Shown here: piece after piece, positions 49,801 to 62,508 of the stretch
Numbering within the stretch: position 1 is the stretch's first letter
Layout of the letters: every line of letters begins with the position of its first letter
Assembly: GCA_052426225.1 (NCBI GenBank)
Contig: JBNJNM010000021.1
Coordinates: 620,001 to 684,000 of the forward strand
Direction: 5' to 3'
Source: Zancudomyces culisetae HAW-14-8
Taxonomy: Eukaryota; Fungi; Kickxellomycota
Length of the DNA: 64,000 nt
Notes under the pieces: model-generated
Database searches by the model: none
The model's input: only the letters and a program-made list of their open reading frames with translations
Told to the model about the DNA's origin: nothing
Program-made: the position numbers and the translations under genes

Positions 49801-51738
49801 TCAGACCTCGCTATACATGTAATACCAGTCGTTTTCGCTGAAGGCCTGTGCAAATAAGTTACCATAAGAAGTCGTCTGTGAGAAGGCTACCTGGGTCTTA
49901 CTGAGTTTTACCCCAAATAAAAAGTACATTCTATCAAGCAAATTACGAAAATCAGTAAAATAAACAAAATAGTCACATGATAATTAGTATTGTTCATGTA
50001 TAAAACAAGTGAGAAAAGTTGATTGGTAAATAATAATACCTGACTGATTCCATCATTGAATTCGCAATTCCTCTACGACGATGTCTAGGCGAAACCCAGA
50101 TCCGATCTATTCCGCATATCGGTGGGATGGATACATTTTGTGGTCCATCATCATAACCATCCTTGTTGTCTCTATAAATTTTTCTGATGTGTACTTCTTT
50201 TGTTCCAAGATGTTCAGCCAAAACACAACCAATAATTTGATGGTTTTTTGCAAGGTATAAAAACAACTAGTGGCATAACAGTTTAAACCATACTTGGGTT
50301 AATAAATGGATAAACACAAACATACATATTATATATATATTATATAAAGACCGACACACATGCTCCTCCTGATAATACACAAAAATGTCTTACTTTTTTT
50401 TCTCCAGCCTTGAACTCATCAAGTAAAATCGCCGATGCTCCCAACTCAAGGTTCGCTATACCCAACACGTTGAGGGCAATTTTCAGATACTTCTTTTCAG
50501 CCCCAGGATGTACCATTATTATCCTTTCTATTGGTGAACAAGTGTCGTATTGGTTAAATCTTACCATTTTCAATATATTAAGAAAAGTGAAAATACCTAT
50601 TATAGTTATATTAAGATCCCCCTACCTCCAGAATATTTACTAAACTCGACAATCTCTGTAATACTACGGTTGTTATTTCCCAGATCTATCTGTCCAGAAA
50701 TCCGTTTTGATGGCCAAAGGGGGTACTTGTTTTTGTTTTTAAGCCATCTACGATGGAAAAGTTTGTGACAAGCTTCGTCTTCGGGGTCACCACGTTGATA
50801 GGACATCTGACAATCTTTACATTTTAGATCAACTTCAACTTTTCCTGATCCAAAGTTAAGATAACTCTGATATGATCTTTTTACACCACATGCCAATTTT
50901 CTATCGTCGTACTTTTTATTTCTGGGTAAAACCAGTTGAGATTTTTTTCTAAGCAAAAAGTCGGAGGTGCTAGATTCAATTTTACTGTAACTAGCAGCTA
51001 GCTGGTAACCCGTGGTTGCTGCAGAACTTTTTTCGCTATAGGTATATCCAATTTCTCCTTCTACACCACCAGGATTCACTATTGCATTATCAAACAGCCT
51101 CAAAAACGAATTTCTATTATATACATAAATTTAACAATGATGTTACAGTATCGCTTTTTAGGGTAGAGGTAAAATAGTGACCAAAAGAGAAGGCTTTAGG
51201 CAAAAATAAAAACGCTTACCTTTTACAATTACATTCACTCCCAGAGAAGGTTTTGTAACCCGTTGTTCGGGAATCACAAATATCAGAATCGGTACATCTG
51301 GTTCTTCGTTTAGCCTTTTCTAAGGCAAAGCCGGTTTTTCCTACACTTTCTAGTTTTAAAGGCAATGAATAGTTGTATTTTGTTGTATCTAGTCCCAAAT
51401 TCTCCCGAGATTTCTTATTTTCACGGGCTTCGGTTGATAGATAGTTCCGATTAAGACCGGGTGTGGTAAGCTCTTTCGTTACATGTAAGTTGGATTTAGA
51501 GAATTCAACGTCGGAGAGGTTATCTGAAACCGCCGTGTCCGAAGAAAGCCAGTCAAATGGTTTTACTATAATCAGGTAAATAGCATTGCTAATAAACTAT
51601 ATACACAATGGCCAAAACTGCACAAAAATTGACAACTTTACATACTAACTTACACTTCTCGTTTAAAGCAATACGCTTGCCACCTTCCAAAAGCTCTGGT
51701 GGGTTAAGATTCTTCTTTTTGCCATATGTTTTTACCAT
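49801..51738 (-). CDS. ECO1: Cohesin acetyltransferase Eco1/Ctf7; 6 exons
   Basis: PIP-like QSYLNFG, zinc finger CKDCQMSY..EDEACHKLFH, ANLELGA, IIGCVLAE, CGIDRIWVSPRHRRRGIA and AFSQTTSYG. Start MVKTYGKK at 51738, stop TGA at 49801-49803, GT-AG introns in phase. Confidence 0.92.
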
Positions 51739-51817
51739 TCTGGTTCATTTGTTATTTTTTCTTTTGTTTTTAAAGTATTTCAAAAAACAAACAAACATAA
51801 CGCAGTATTCAACCAAT

Positions 51818-51845
51818 TTTCGCGATTTCACAATACCTTTCGCGT
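51818..51845 (-). promoter_or_regulatory. Two CGCGAAA (SCB/MCB/E2F-like) elements upstream of ECO1
   Basis: TTTCGCG on + at 51818-51824 and 51838-51844, 80-107 bp upstream of the ECO1 ATG. Confidence 0.6.
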
Positions 51846-52235
51846 TTAATTTGCCTGAATTAACATCCAGAAAATTGGCTGAAAATGTCACAATCTAAAA
51901 CTAGCACATATATTCCACATTTTCTTTACTTTCTCACAATTTTGAATCAATATGACCTGCGAAACATGGGAGACCAAACAACCCACTACACCAAACTTCT
52001 TGACATAATAAAGCTATATGCTTTAAACTTTTTTAAATACATGTCCAAGATGAAACACACTAAAAAGAACAGAAATAGAGGAAAGAATAAAACAACTCTT
52101 TTTTCGGAGAAATTAGCCTTATTAATCATATTTTTCTTATTTCAACCTGTGTAGACTCGTATAAAACACAACTGGGCTAATTTTTTTATAAAAAAAAAGA
52201 GTACTGAAAATAAGAAATCTAAGCCAACAACTGTA

Positions 52236-53624
52236 CTACCACAGCCATCTTCTTCTCATGTTTCCCTGGCTTGTATGGTTCGTATTTCCTTGAGAAGAGC
52301 CCTCATCAATGCTTTTTTCGTTACTTACCAGTACTGCATCGTTTTCGTAATCAGAGTTATTTGAAGTATTCGAAATATCTATTTTGATTCATCAATTGGC
52401 GTGAACTTCGGAGATACAACCGCACAAAAAAGACAGTAGTAGACTTGGTATTTGTATAGAAATTTAAAGTCTTTGCAAAAAAAAAATGGCCCTTACCTCT
52501 ATTAGTGTTTTCTGTTTGATTATTTGAAAACTCGGCGCTTTTCATATCCCTAGCCCCAGTGTGCTCTTGATTCTTAAAATGTGTGTATGATGATGCTTGG
52601 TCTTCATGGCTTTGCATCACATGTGAACTGCCTGCCATTACTCCCTGCTCACCAGACCGTGTAAATAGCTCTCCGATTTTATTGATAGCATTTATTGCAT
52701 CACCGACTCCGATGTTTTGGGGTATTCCTCCACTACTACCTCCGGTATGCGTATTTGGAAATTGGGCCCCAGTCTGATTGCCAGAATTTGCTGTTTCCCT
52801 TTTGAATGTGTTTGAAATTAACCCCTTGAAAAACGAATCGCTAGCACTAACAATCCATGGTGCGTTATATTCCGCGCCACCAGTTGCTGTTCTAGATAGC
52901 CGTACATGCCTATCGAGCCTCAGTAGATATTCGTCTAGCACATCACTGTACTTTTCCAAGTTTGGTTGTAATACGTAGTCGTATATAAAGATTGCACCCT
53001 ATTTTGATTTAAAAACACAAATAGAGTAGTGTTAGCTGAATTTGAAAAAGCCCCATGCTTGCAATAAAAAATAATAGCGCTAATAGTTATATGAGAACGG
53101 GTATTACGTTTGTTTGGGGCATCGAAAGCCATAGCACAAATACCAGCTTCACAATCCCGTAAAATGGTATTCTATTAAACATAGATAAATCAAATTAGCA
53201 CCAAATACCAGATCAAAGTCAAGAATTTAAAAACAGTATATCATATTTAGTCTGGTCATCCTACATGTATAAAAAAAAGTCCGCAATAAACTCCGCTGCA
53301 ATAAACCAAGCAAACACAATCCAGTATTTCACAAACTTTTTCACCTCCAACTGATTTTTCTCATTCCACACAACTACATTCCCCAACCCTAAGGCTTCGC
53401 CTAAAAATCCTTGCTTATGTTCTTTTTTTCCTTCGAGAAGGTTGATTTCTTTAAAGACCTTGTAATCTCTGTACGCTGGATATACCAACCCTGCAAATAT
53501 GCTAATAATATAGTTTTTTTTTAGTTTTTGTTGCTTCTAACGAAAATGTGTTAACTTGAACCTGCCTATCTAATTCAAAGTAAAGTAGCAATTACCATAA
53601 CGCCTTCGTCAAATAGTAAAGCAT
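52236..53624 (-). CDS. REEP/Yop1/HVA22 (TB2_DP1) family ER-shaping protein; 5 exons
   Basis: Spliced MLYYLTKALCIFAGLVYPAYRDYK..VKYWIVFAWF..IPFYGIVKLVFVLWLSMPQTNGAIFIYD..LQP, a disordered tail and a last exon ending RRRWLW. The last-exon acceptor is less certain. Confidence 0.88.
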
Positions 53625-56600
53625 CGTCTTTAAGATGTTAGTATTACAGGTTTTTATAAATCGCGAGTAGTATGTTTCCACTTTTTTTTAAAACAAGAGT
53701 TAAAGAAGCTAGTGTAGAAACCGAGCTTTAAATACCAAGTTTTTGATGTTGTTAGTCTCTTTCTTTTTATAGGCTTTACTGGATAATTTCTATTTCTGTA
53801 TGGGAATAAAATGCACTTGCTTTTACATTTTGTGTTAATGCTTTAACTCCAAAAGCACCAGAAAAAATGCAATATTTCCAAGGGGAAAAGCGATGTAAAC
53901 TTCGTATTAGACTTGTGGAAATTATGTTGGATTTAACACCCACCAGTTTTAGGGAGTGCCTCCTGGGCAGCGAACCACGTGAATTGTGTAACATGAGCTC
54001 AATCTCCAATGGAGTATCGATTTTGTTCTTCCTGTGAAAATTTCGATTTCTGTTTGCCTATGATATTTTATTAGCCAAAGATAACCTTACTAAGCAGCTA
54101 ATCATTTTAACTGCTCGCACCAACCAGCAAATAAACACCTGCTTTGATGGCCAAAATGCAGAAATAAACAACAAACTGGTTCAGAAAGCTTTGACAGATC
54201 AATTTTGTGTGCAATTTATGACCAATCCACAAATTGAAAAAGAGGGGAGGGTGGGTTGTCTTGTACAGGTAATGCCTGCAAAGTTCTATTTTTAAAATCC
54301 CTGAGCGCCTGCTATCACTTTCAAAGATACTGGATGTATCACTTAGAGGTGAAAAGATATCATTTCAATTTAGATTAACTAAGACAATAGTCCTTTATTG
54401 AGGTTCTCTTACCCAAAGAGTTTTTTTTCAAAAAAAAAACGCATATACAAAAATTAGCAAAATAAACAGTATTTTCCTGCATTAGAATGGATTTTTTTGC
54501 ACTAATAGGGTGGTAATATACCAACACAGCACATACAAAAATACGCCATTAGTTGCTTTTTTAAGCACACACAGTTCGAAGACGTAAGAGAGTGATTTTG
54601 ATAGTATCTTTGTTATTTTTCTGATAAGACGAACCAGAATATGAAGTGTGTTCCAGCAAGGAGGCTGCTACTCAACGCCGGCTGAAGTATGCCTTTTTTG
54701 TTATACTTTTTATAATAAAAAGGAATGACTGTGTAATGCAGAGAGTTTTTAAAAGAATAGGAGGTTGTATCATTTTAGACACAAGTGCTAATGCTTTGCG
54801 CCACTATTAGCTTTATAATATCTCAATATATAAAATTCTTTGATAGTGCAAATATTTAACAGATATGCACGCTCAATTTTTTAATAGGCAGTTATTGCGT
54901 GCGTATGATATAAAATATAAGGCCATTGCTCAGATAAGTTGACATATATTAATATAGTACTATTGCAGGTGTGGATACTAGTAACACATTTGCCTTCGTA
55001 TATAATGCAGTTGTGCAAACCAACCTGAAGTCATATGCAACATCCTGAATGCTTATATAGTGACTTTTAATTTCACAGATAATGCTATTTGCATGACTAT
55101 GTTATCTTGTATTAAAATATCAAACTATTACATCTCAAACTGAGGCACTAGGCTTGGGTGAATACCATGCTCTGTATATCTTGATGTACCATATCCACAT
55201 CTTAAGAATAAGACACAAAAAAAAGCATTGCTGAATCTATACAAAATATACTACCTCCTCTATTATAATCAAAAAGCAAATTTCATAGTTAGCCTAAAAG
55301 ATACGTTTTTCTCCATCTTTGTAAAATTTACAGTACATCACCATATTTCAAAAAAAAAAGTTTATGTGTGGTACTAAGCTCACCTTTTTTGCTGGGACAC
55401 TTTATCACTTTTAAATTTGAATATGTAGTTTGCTTTTACTATTATAACAACGGTTATCAAGTTAAAACGAGATATAGTGAAAAAGAAAGAAAAAAAAGTT
55501 AAAAAGAAAAAGAGATGTTCCTTGAAATAGTTTGCCGAACTAGAAAAGAAATGTCCAGCCCCTGTACTCTATAAACATTGGTGTTTTTTTAATTACTCCC
55601 TTTTGCACTGGCTTTTGTTAAATAGGAAGGCCTTTTACATATTAGATGTAAATTATGATACCAAGACAATCACATATGCACCTTTCTTAAACTTGAACTC
55701 ATATTTGTTCACACTGTTACTATATTTTTGCAGCCGAGAAGGTCATATAATCCCTATAACGCCTTTTTTCATTTGATAAACCGCAATAATTCCGGGTTCA
55801 AGAATAACATGATGGAAAATGACATTTCATTAATTTGGTGCTATTGTACGTGGTTTCTCAGATACGAGCTTAGTGAGATGAGAAATGTAGCTATCGTTGT
55901 AAACTTGATATTTTTTTTAGAAATAGTTCCATATTATTTGTGATTACTAACAAACAGCTTTATAAGTTACAGCTGCAAGCTTACCGAGATACCCACACAT
56001 GACAATACCAGACTGTTGTTGAATAAGCTTGCAGTCAATACAGCATTATTTCTCGTGGTTATCTTTAATTGTCAAGAGAACAGGATTTATCCATGGTTTT
56101 GATGTTTTGTGATTAACTGAGAGAACTGGAATGCCCGTCGATAACAAAGAAAAAGAAATCTTAACATTCCACCAAAAATACACAATTCAGAAATAATATA
56201 ACCAACCCGCAGCAGTATTTTATGTTTTGAACAAATAACATTATACCCTTAATGTATTCTCAATGTCATTATTTTTAAAATTTAATGAATGAATTTCTAG
56301 AACAGATTCTGACTATTATTAAATCATCACCTCTGAGGACGTGAAGTAAGGGGTAGTCGAAATTAACATAACTACTTTAAGTCAGCCACGTCAAATATTA
56401 ACACGTGATTTGTTGCTTGAATGAAAAGCAGCTGAAATAGTTATCTTTCAATGGAACCGGTGGAAATAATTACATTTTATCCCCGCGTTGTTATCGCCAG
56501 ACAATAAACGACTTCCCTTTCCTTTCTAATCTAAGGGTGGCTATTTTGGTACTTGTGTGAACATATCCATACGGTGTTTAAGATATATTTGATCTCTGGA

Positions 56601-59600
56601 GTAAAGTATTCATCGGAGCGCCCCTTTTTTTGGTTGGGCTCGTATTCGTTCAATAGCCACGGCCTATTGTTTTTTAGCTGACGTATTACTTTCGAGGTAG
56701 ACAAATCAAGACTTAGGCTTCAGTTATGAAATATTTTATTCCAACTTTTGAATAGATTTTGTTTAGAAATTCAGGATTTGAATGTAGGCTTCTGGCTATC
56801 TTTGTGGCAGCGTTAACCAAAAATCCAAGAATCAACTGCCCGCTTACAATGACGCTTTATGTAATGGTTGTGTGACAGAAATCATTTACGTGCATTTGAA
56901 AGAATTTCTTTGTGCAATCCGAGCTCAATTACATAAAGTCCGGCCTTCTTTTTGAATGCTTTGTGCTTTTTACCATATAGTTGGGTGTTCCCCAAGCACA
57001 GATTTTGTAAACACCAGGTCTTTCTTTATCAGCAAAATGTAAACATCAAAGGAGTTTATTGTCGTGTTTTTTTATTTCTCTCATATGTGACATAATAAAA
57101 AAAGCGAAAGGTTGACTATAAGCAAAACTGCGACCTCAAACATACAGTTTTTCCTTCTTTGTAGAAAGGAATAGACAATAATGCAATAACATTATCATTA
57201 TCATTTGGATAAGAACTAAAAAATCGTAACTCGGGTTAAAAACAATCGAACGTGTTATTGCCCTCATAGCAGAATTTCATTTTTTTGCTCTTCTGTGAAA
57301 ATACTCTTCTATCCCAACAAGATGTATTTACACCAAAAAAAAAAGTATGAGAACTGGCCTTTTTGCTTTTGGATATACTCTGTTTCATAATATTCACCCA
57401 AAGTTCACCCGTTTTAAAAAAAAGGTAGTTATGTTATAATCTCCCTCAACTCCAACCTCGTTTCGCTGGAAAGTTTATAACAATAATTTCAACGGTCTAA
57501 ATGAAGCTGTATAAAAGCTACATTTTGATTAGTTGTGCTTTTGTGGGCAAAAGAAAAGCAGATATAACAGTATACCTAATAATTACTGAATCAAGCATCA
57601 TTCTTTGTGTTACATAGTGTTTATAATATCAAATGATATTTAATTGGAATCACTTCAAGTTTTTCCTACAATAAAAATAGAATGAGAAAAAAGAAACATA
57701 TTCAGCAAAGTTAAGCTTGAGCTTTTCTGCTAACTGGGCCGACAAACCCAAAGTGGCAAGAAATCACGACAATAAGTGCTGGTATTTTTTTTTGCGAAAT
57801 TATGTCATACAACAACCAAAGACTCGGGTCAACAGCCTTAAAACGAATGAGAATAAGCATTTTGTTTACAAAATAAAACTACTGGAAAGGTTATTCAACG
57901 ACTACACATGCAAGAAAAAATTCGCTACATATATACACAACGACATGACCCCATATATCTACATAATTATTGGTGTTTTCAGTGCTTTGTGGGGATTATT
58001 TTGAGTCTATCATGGTAGATACGGAAAGAAGATGTATAATAAACAAAATGTTATCAAATAACATGTATTATATGCGCTCCTGTATTGCACAGGGCGCAGA
58101 ATAAAAATCAACTTCTGGTACTTTAAACCTGAATGCATATGGTACTCTGACATTGTTTCTATGGGGATTTTAATATAATGTATGTGTTATTTGTACAATA
58201 ATCATTATTTTGCAATTTTTTTCTTGCTAAGTTATCGCTAGTAGTAATTTTCTTTTGCTGTTGGAAAGCTATCTGATTTTATCAGCAACGTAGATAAAGT
58301 TAGTTTTTTAAAAAAAAAATGAAAGGGCAGGAAGAACAGTGGGAAGTGTTAAGGATAATGGTCCTAGTGAGGTTTTTTCTCTACTCTTCTTTGCAGATTA
58401 TAATTAAAAAAAATGTGTTCATTATTTATTTTTGTACTGGGTAAATATCAGCTATAACTCGTGGGCTAATTAGACAAATATCTAATTTTATTCATTGTTG
58501 TTGCATAGAAAGATTAGTTTTGTTGATAATAGGCTCTATTATCAATCAGTTTCGCATGCTTAAATATATGGTACATTTCCCTTTATAGGGAAAAAGTTCA
58601 GCAGAATTTAAAATTACCCAGTATATATTGCCATTTTTAGTAGGCAAATTCATCATATTCAGAAAATGAGAGATGAATGGAAACGCAACAAGTATAATGT
58701 TAACGAGAAAAAAAAACCCCCCAAATCCGTGCCTGGAGTTGCAAAACATATGCCAGAATGAAAGAACTGTTAGCATTTGTTTGCTCATATATGGTTAGAA
58801 CTGAGCTAGTTTAGAACACACCAGCATTTATTGACGGCGTTAAATTTAGCTGACATTTTAATTTCCCCAGTTCTCGTAAATGTGCGTTTTTCCAAACAAA
58901 CTACAGTAAAACTGCGATTTCTACCTGTTTCATTTTTTTTTATCGGGAATCAACTATCAATATACACGAAATTTTAAATACGTCATCTTGTAACATTCAC
59001 TTTCTTTGGGATAGCATTTCATCCATTGATAATTGGTTTAACGTCACACAGGCGCTTTTTATGACTTCATTTTTTTTTATCGTGAATAACTTGAACAAGC
59101 CAAATAAAGTTGCAGGAAAACGTATCCTTGAAATCATTAAGCTGATCGTAGTTCAGCTAAGAAACCGCTTTTCACAAAGGCAAATTGTGGGTGAGCTAAA
59201 CCAAATTTTATTAAAAAGGATTAGTAAAATCGCGCAAAGGCTGTTCTGTGCTATTGAATACTGTCCAGGTATCTCAAAGGTTTCAAAAGGCCAAACACAC
59301 CAAGTAGGATTTCTCAGTAGCAAAAATACTTTTTTCACAAAGAATTCTAAAAAGGAAAACACCATGTTAATTGAATATGGTTGAGTAAATAACTTATTTT
59401 TGAAGTTTAAAAAAAAAAGAACAAGCGAGATCATATGTCAAGTTATTTATTATGATGCAGAGTGCACTTGGAAACCTAGATATGGAACGAACTAAAAAGA
59501 ACAAAGTGTTTTCCAATTTTCTTTTCCATGCTTTTAATCGACAGGGCAAATGTACTTGATGAGAAAAAAAGATATCAACGGAACAAAAAAGGTGTGGACA

Positions 59601-60411
59601 CGAATGAACCACATATTAAAGGATAAAAATAATGATACCTACACACATAGTTACACACAGGTGAAACATATAATTAAAATACAATCACTGTTAACTGAGA
59701 CTATACCCAGTACTATATACGCTACTCAATAAGCGGCGAGGTAATTTGGGACACACTGCAATGAAATCAATAATGCTGATTTTGAACATAAATTATATAA
59801 AAACTGAATAACGAAACTGAATAAGCTCTTTTACATCAATAAACACGGGTATATAAAAACATGAATGGAAATAGTCATTATCCATATCTTCGTCATTTTT
59901 TCTTAATACCTATTGTTACTATCTAACTTTATTTTTTTAAAAAAAAGCCATTAATAATACAATTTGGCTGGTATTAATCCCTCGATAACCAAAAAAAACA
60001 AAATATATATAGACATCTTGAAAAAAATAAAACGGTAAGCAGCATTTAAATTACAACATCATCAACAACGCACACCTAAAAGCATATCATACTGATATAT
60101 ACACTCAAATCAAGATTTAAGTTTGCATTTTAATACATTAACACTTCACAGTTTCTTAGCTTAATATATCATATTAACAATATTGAAACCATCTAATACC
60201 TAAAAAATAGCACGTTTTAATATTAAAAGAAGTTTTTTTAACGCTAGTGATTAACACAGATTTAAAAAAAAAAAGCAAAAAAGAAAAACCACATCACTCA
60301 AGAAGGATATTGTGGAAAAAAATATTATTATCTTTATCTTTGCATCAGCATCGCTTAACCTAAAGGAAATAACACATTTCAATATTCATTGAACCAAAAA
60401 AAAAAGCTCAA

Positions 60412-61878
60412 ATGGAGGAAAGTCAAAAAAGATCATATACAAGATCAAAGTATTCGCTATACTTCAGATGGTATACAATAGTATACACACACCTGCGTTG
60501 CTACGATTCTCTGATGAGCGGTGGTGATATGTCAGAATGGATGTCAAACTGTGACTATTACAATATGAAGGAATCAAAGCTCAGAACGAGATGGGGTAAC
60601 CTTCTATACAGGCTTAATAGAGACACAAGCGAGCTTATGAGTAGCAGAGCCGGAAACAAAATTTTAAACGACAACTGTCTAAAGGCTATTAACTTACACA
60701 GATCCGTATATGAAGCAAAGCAAAAATCAGTCAACAGTATTTTAAACGAGGAAAGGGTCAAACCAAAAAGCTACAAGTCAATTGATCTCAACACAATTCC
60801 ATACTCCATGTTGACAAAGTTGATTGAAAGAGAAAAATCTGGGCTTGAAGATCACTTTATGGTTATTCAAGATAAAAATATCTCAGCTTTGGTATGGGCA
60901 GCATTCGAAATAGGTGAATCGCTGGGTTACAAACGATTCAAAAACTGCTATACTATAGAGCAAGTGAGCACATTATCCAAGTACATTGCTATGCATGGTT
61001 GTTGTGGCATATTTGATTACAAAATGATGTTTATCGACCCAGATTACCTCATTAACCCCCTGTTGCCTAAAGAATTTCTTTCTATTATTAACGCAAGAGC
61101 ATTCAACCATGAAAAGCTTGGTGCGTCATCAACATATACTCATTGCACCCCAAACAATGGTGGAAATCCCGTCATGTATACTGATGCTGGAACTTCATCA
61201 ATAATACCACCATCGTTTAATGGTATTGATACATCAGTTTACAGAAAAGACCTTTTGTGTACTCCCACCAGACAAATTGATGATTCAATTTCCGGACTAA
61301 AAATCGAAAATGAATTTTTGCACTTCGATTTCACTGGTGCAAATTCACTGGAACCGAATAGAACAGTTCAGCTAGAAGCATGTTTAGATAGTAGTGCACA
61401 CTCTCAAAACTCATCACAGTATGCAGGAAACTCGATGCTTTCAGGACTAACTTTTGAAAATAAAAATGCTACTCAACTAAATCTAGTAGATTCATTGATT
61501 CCAACATCTGAAATACTAATCAGCTCGCCTTTATCTCCTACTTACAATATTGGGCTCAACAACACATTAATAGATGATGGTAGCCCCCAAAATATAAATT
61601 CTATAAACTGCAACCCAGTTCCAATCCAATTACAGAACAATTTTCAAGATATTCTTTTTTTCAGCAACTATGACCACAATAACAACGTAAAACCCGCTAA
61701 TCTCGGAGCGAAGGATCCAGCAGGTTCAATTGCGCTAAATAACATGTCAATGTTCTTAGATAGCCTGAAAAATAACACTTTTGAAACACAGGATCAAGGT
61801 CTTCCAGAAATCTCGTTGGATAATAGGCTTTCATTCAGCCAAAGCTCCCTGTTAAATTCTGGGATCTCATTTTGCTAA
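60412..61878 (+). CDS. Hypothetical protein: ordered N-terminal ~230 aa plus N/S/D-rich disordered C-terminal half
   Basis: Intronless 488-aa ORF with an A-rich start context (aaaATG). No family confidently recognised. Confidence 0.8.
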   Translation: MEESQKRSYTRSKYSLYFRWYTIVYTHLRCYDSLMSGGDMSEWMSNCDYYNMKESKLRTRWGNLLYRLNRDTSELMSSRAGNKILNDNCLKAINLHRSVYEAKQKSVNSILNEERVKPKSYKSIDLNTIPYSMLTKLIEREKSGLEDHFMVIQDKNISALVWAAFEIGESLGYKRFKNCYTIEQVSTLSKYIAMHGCCGIFDYKMMFIDPDYLINPLLPKEFLSIINARAFNHEKLGASSTYTHCTPNNGGNPVMYTDAGTSSIIPPSFNGIDTSVYRKDLLCTPTRQIDDSISGLKIENEFLHFDFTGANSLEPNRTVQLEACLDSSAHSQNSSQYAGNSMLSGLTFENKNATQLNLVDSLIPTSEILISSPLSPTYNIGLNNTLIDDGSPQNINSINCNPVPIQLQNNFQDILFFSNYDHNNNVKPANLGAKDPAGSIALNNMSMFLDSLKNNTFETQDQGLPEISLDNRLSFSQSSLLNSGISFC

Positions 61879-62431
61879 TCTCTTTATTGATAAATTTATT
61901 TCCCTATAACTCGATAAAAAAAATCATCACCTCTATTCCTTTTTTTTTCATAGTTGTAACCATATAGTCGTAATCATACCCTCACCCCTTTAAAATACAC
62001 TTTTAGATCGCACGTTCATTCTGTGTAATTAATTTCTGCACTGTTTCCTTCTGGTTAATTGACGATTTACTACATGGCTATGACAAACTAAAGCCATGGT
62101 TTTTGGAAACCAGTCATAACATCAAATAAAGTCAATAAAAATGCCCTTTAACTCTGACCAGCTTTCACAACAGTAGAGCCTGTAGTCATTCGGAATATTC
62201 TGAGTCACAAATTGGATTTATAGTAGCTCTAGTTAAATCATGCCAAGACCCCTCCCACATGTAAAAATGAAAAAGTGGACACACCACCACTCAACCTTCC
62301 TACTTGATTCGGAAAAAATATGCGAGGAAAAAATAGCGGAAAAGGATGGAAAGCGCGGAACACGAGCTTTTGGCTATGTATTTTTTGGCTTTGCATCTGC
62401 CCGTAAAAACCTGAGTTTACTGCTGATCATC

Positions 62432-62508
62432 TTTATTGTTTATCGCTTATCGTTTATCCCCTATCCCTTATCCCTTATCCTTTGCCCTTTAACCTTTAAT
62501 CTTTATCC
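62432..62508. repeat. Degenerate 7-bp tandem repeat (YTTATCC-like, 11 units)
   Basis: Units: tttattg tttatcg cttatcg tttatcc cctatcc cttatcc cttatcc tttgccc tttaacc tttaatc tttatcc. Confidence 0.8.

Noticed and set aside
62072-62120. Small overlapping hairpins containing ATGA...AAA, superficially SECIS-like
   Set aside because: ATGAC pairs Watson-Crick with GTCAT rather than forming the GA quartet, and the upstream gene has no in-frame TGA.
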